Below are positions 63,943 to 64,000 of a DNA stretch of 64,000 nucleotides, piece after piece (positions within the stretch are counted from its first letter, which is position 1; every line of letters starts with the position of its first letter). This DNA is from the human T2T-CHM13v2.0 reference genome, Homo sapiens. The notes below the pieces were generated by a model. The model saw only the letters and a program-made list of their open reading frames with translations, did not search any database and was not told the origin of the DNA. The position numbers and the translations under genes are program-made. Location of the stretch: the NCBI RefSeq assembly GCF_009914755.1, contig NC_060931.1. The stretch is one strand, 5' to 3'.

Positions 63943-64000
63943 TAATCTAGAGCAGTTGCCTAGTCTTTTTTAAAAATAATTTTTATCCAGAAGCAGTGGC

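Overview
Primate (almost certainly human) genomic DNA, by eye roughly half Alu. It holds one complete protein-coding gene on the + strand: CRCP (CGRP receptor component, also RNA polymerase III subunit RPC9/C17). I assembled six coding exons by hand (5049-5056, 17787-17823, 20828-20926, 24364-24458, 35527-35584, 42288-42437). All introns are GT-AG, and the 447 nt give a 148-aa protein MEVKDANSALLSNYE...MDEEDPA. The gene has a CpG-island promoter (~4790-5480) and a ~2.2-kb Alu-containing 3' UTR ending near AATAAA 44620. The rest is interspersed repeats (Alu, old L1, L2, MIR, MER2/MER8/MER58, MER21, MLT/MST/THE1 LTRs), and nearly all ORFs in the supplied track are repeat-derived noise. I see no new gene system. 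The most notable unexplained structures are: (1) a TSD-flanked antisense L1PA 3' transduction carrying ~940 bp of apparently foreign DNA just after exon 4; (2) a possible recursive-splice exon 3; (3) an inverted Alu pair, bracketed by cryptic splice sites, in the 3' UTR; (4) a tiny A-tailed, TSD-flanked LTR fragment with an adjacent fold-back; (5) neighbouring Alus that share private mutations. Repeat subfamily names come from my recall of consensus sequences and need RepeatMasker/Dfam confirmation.
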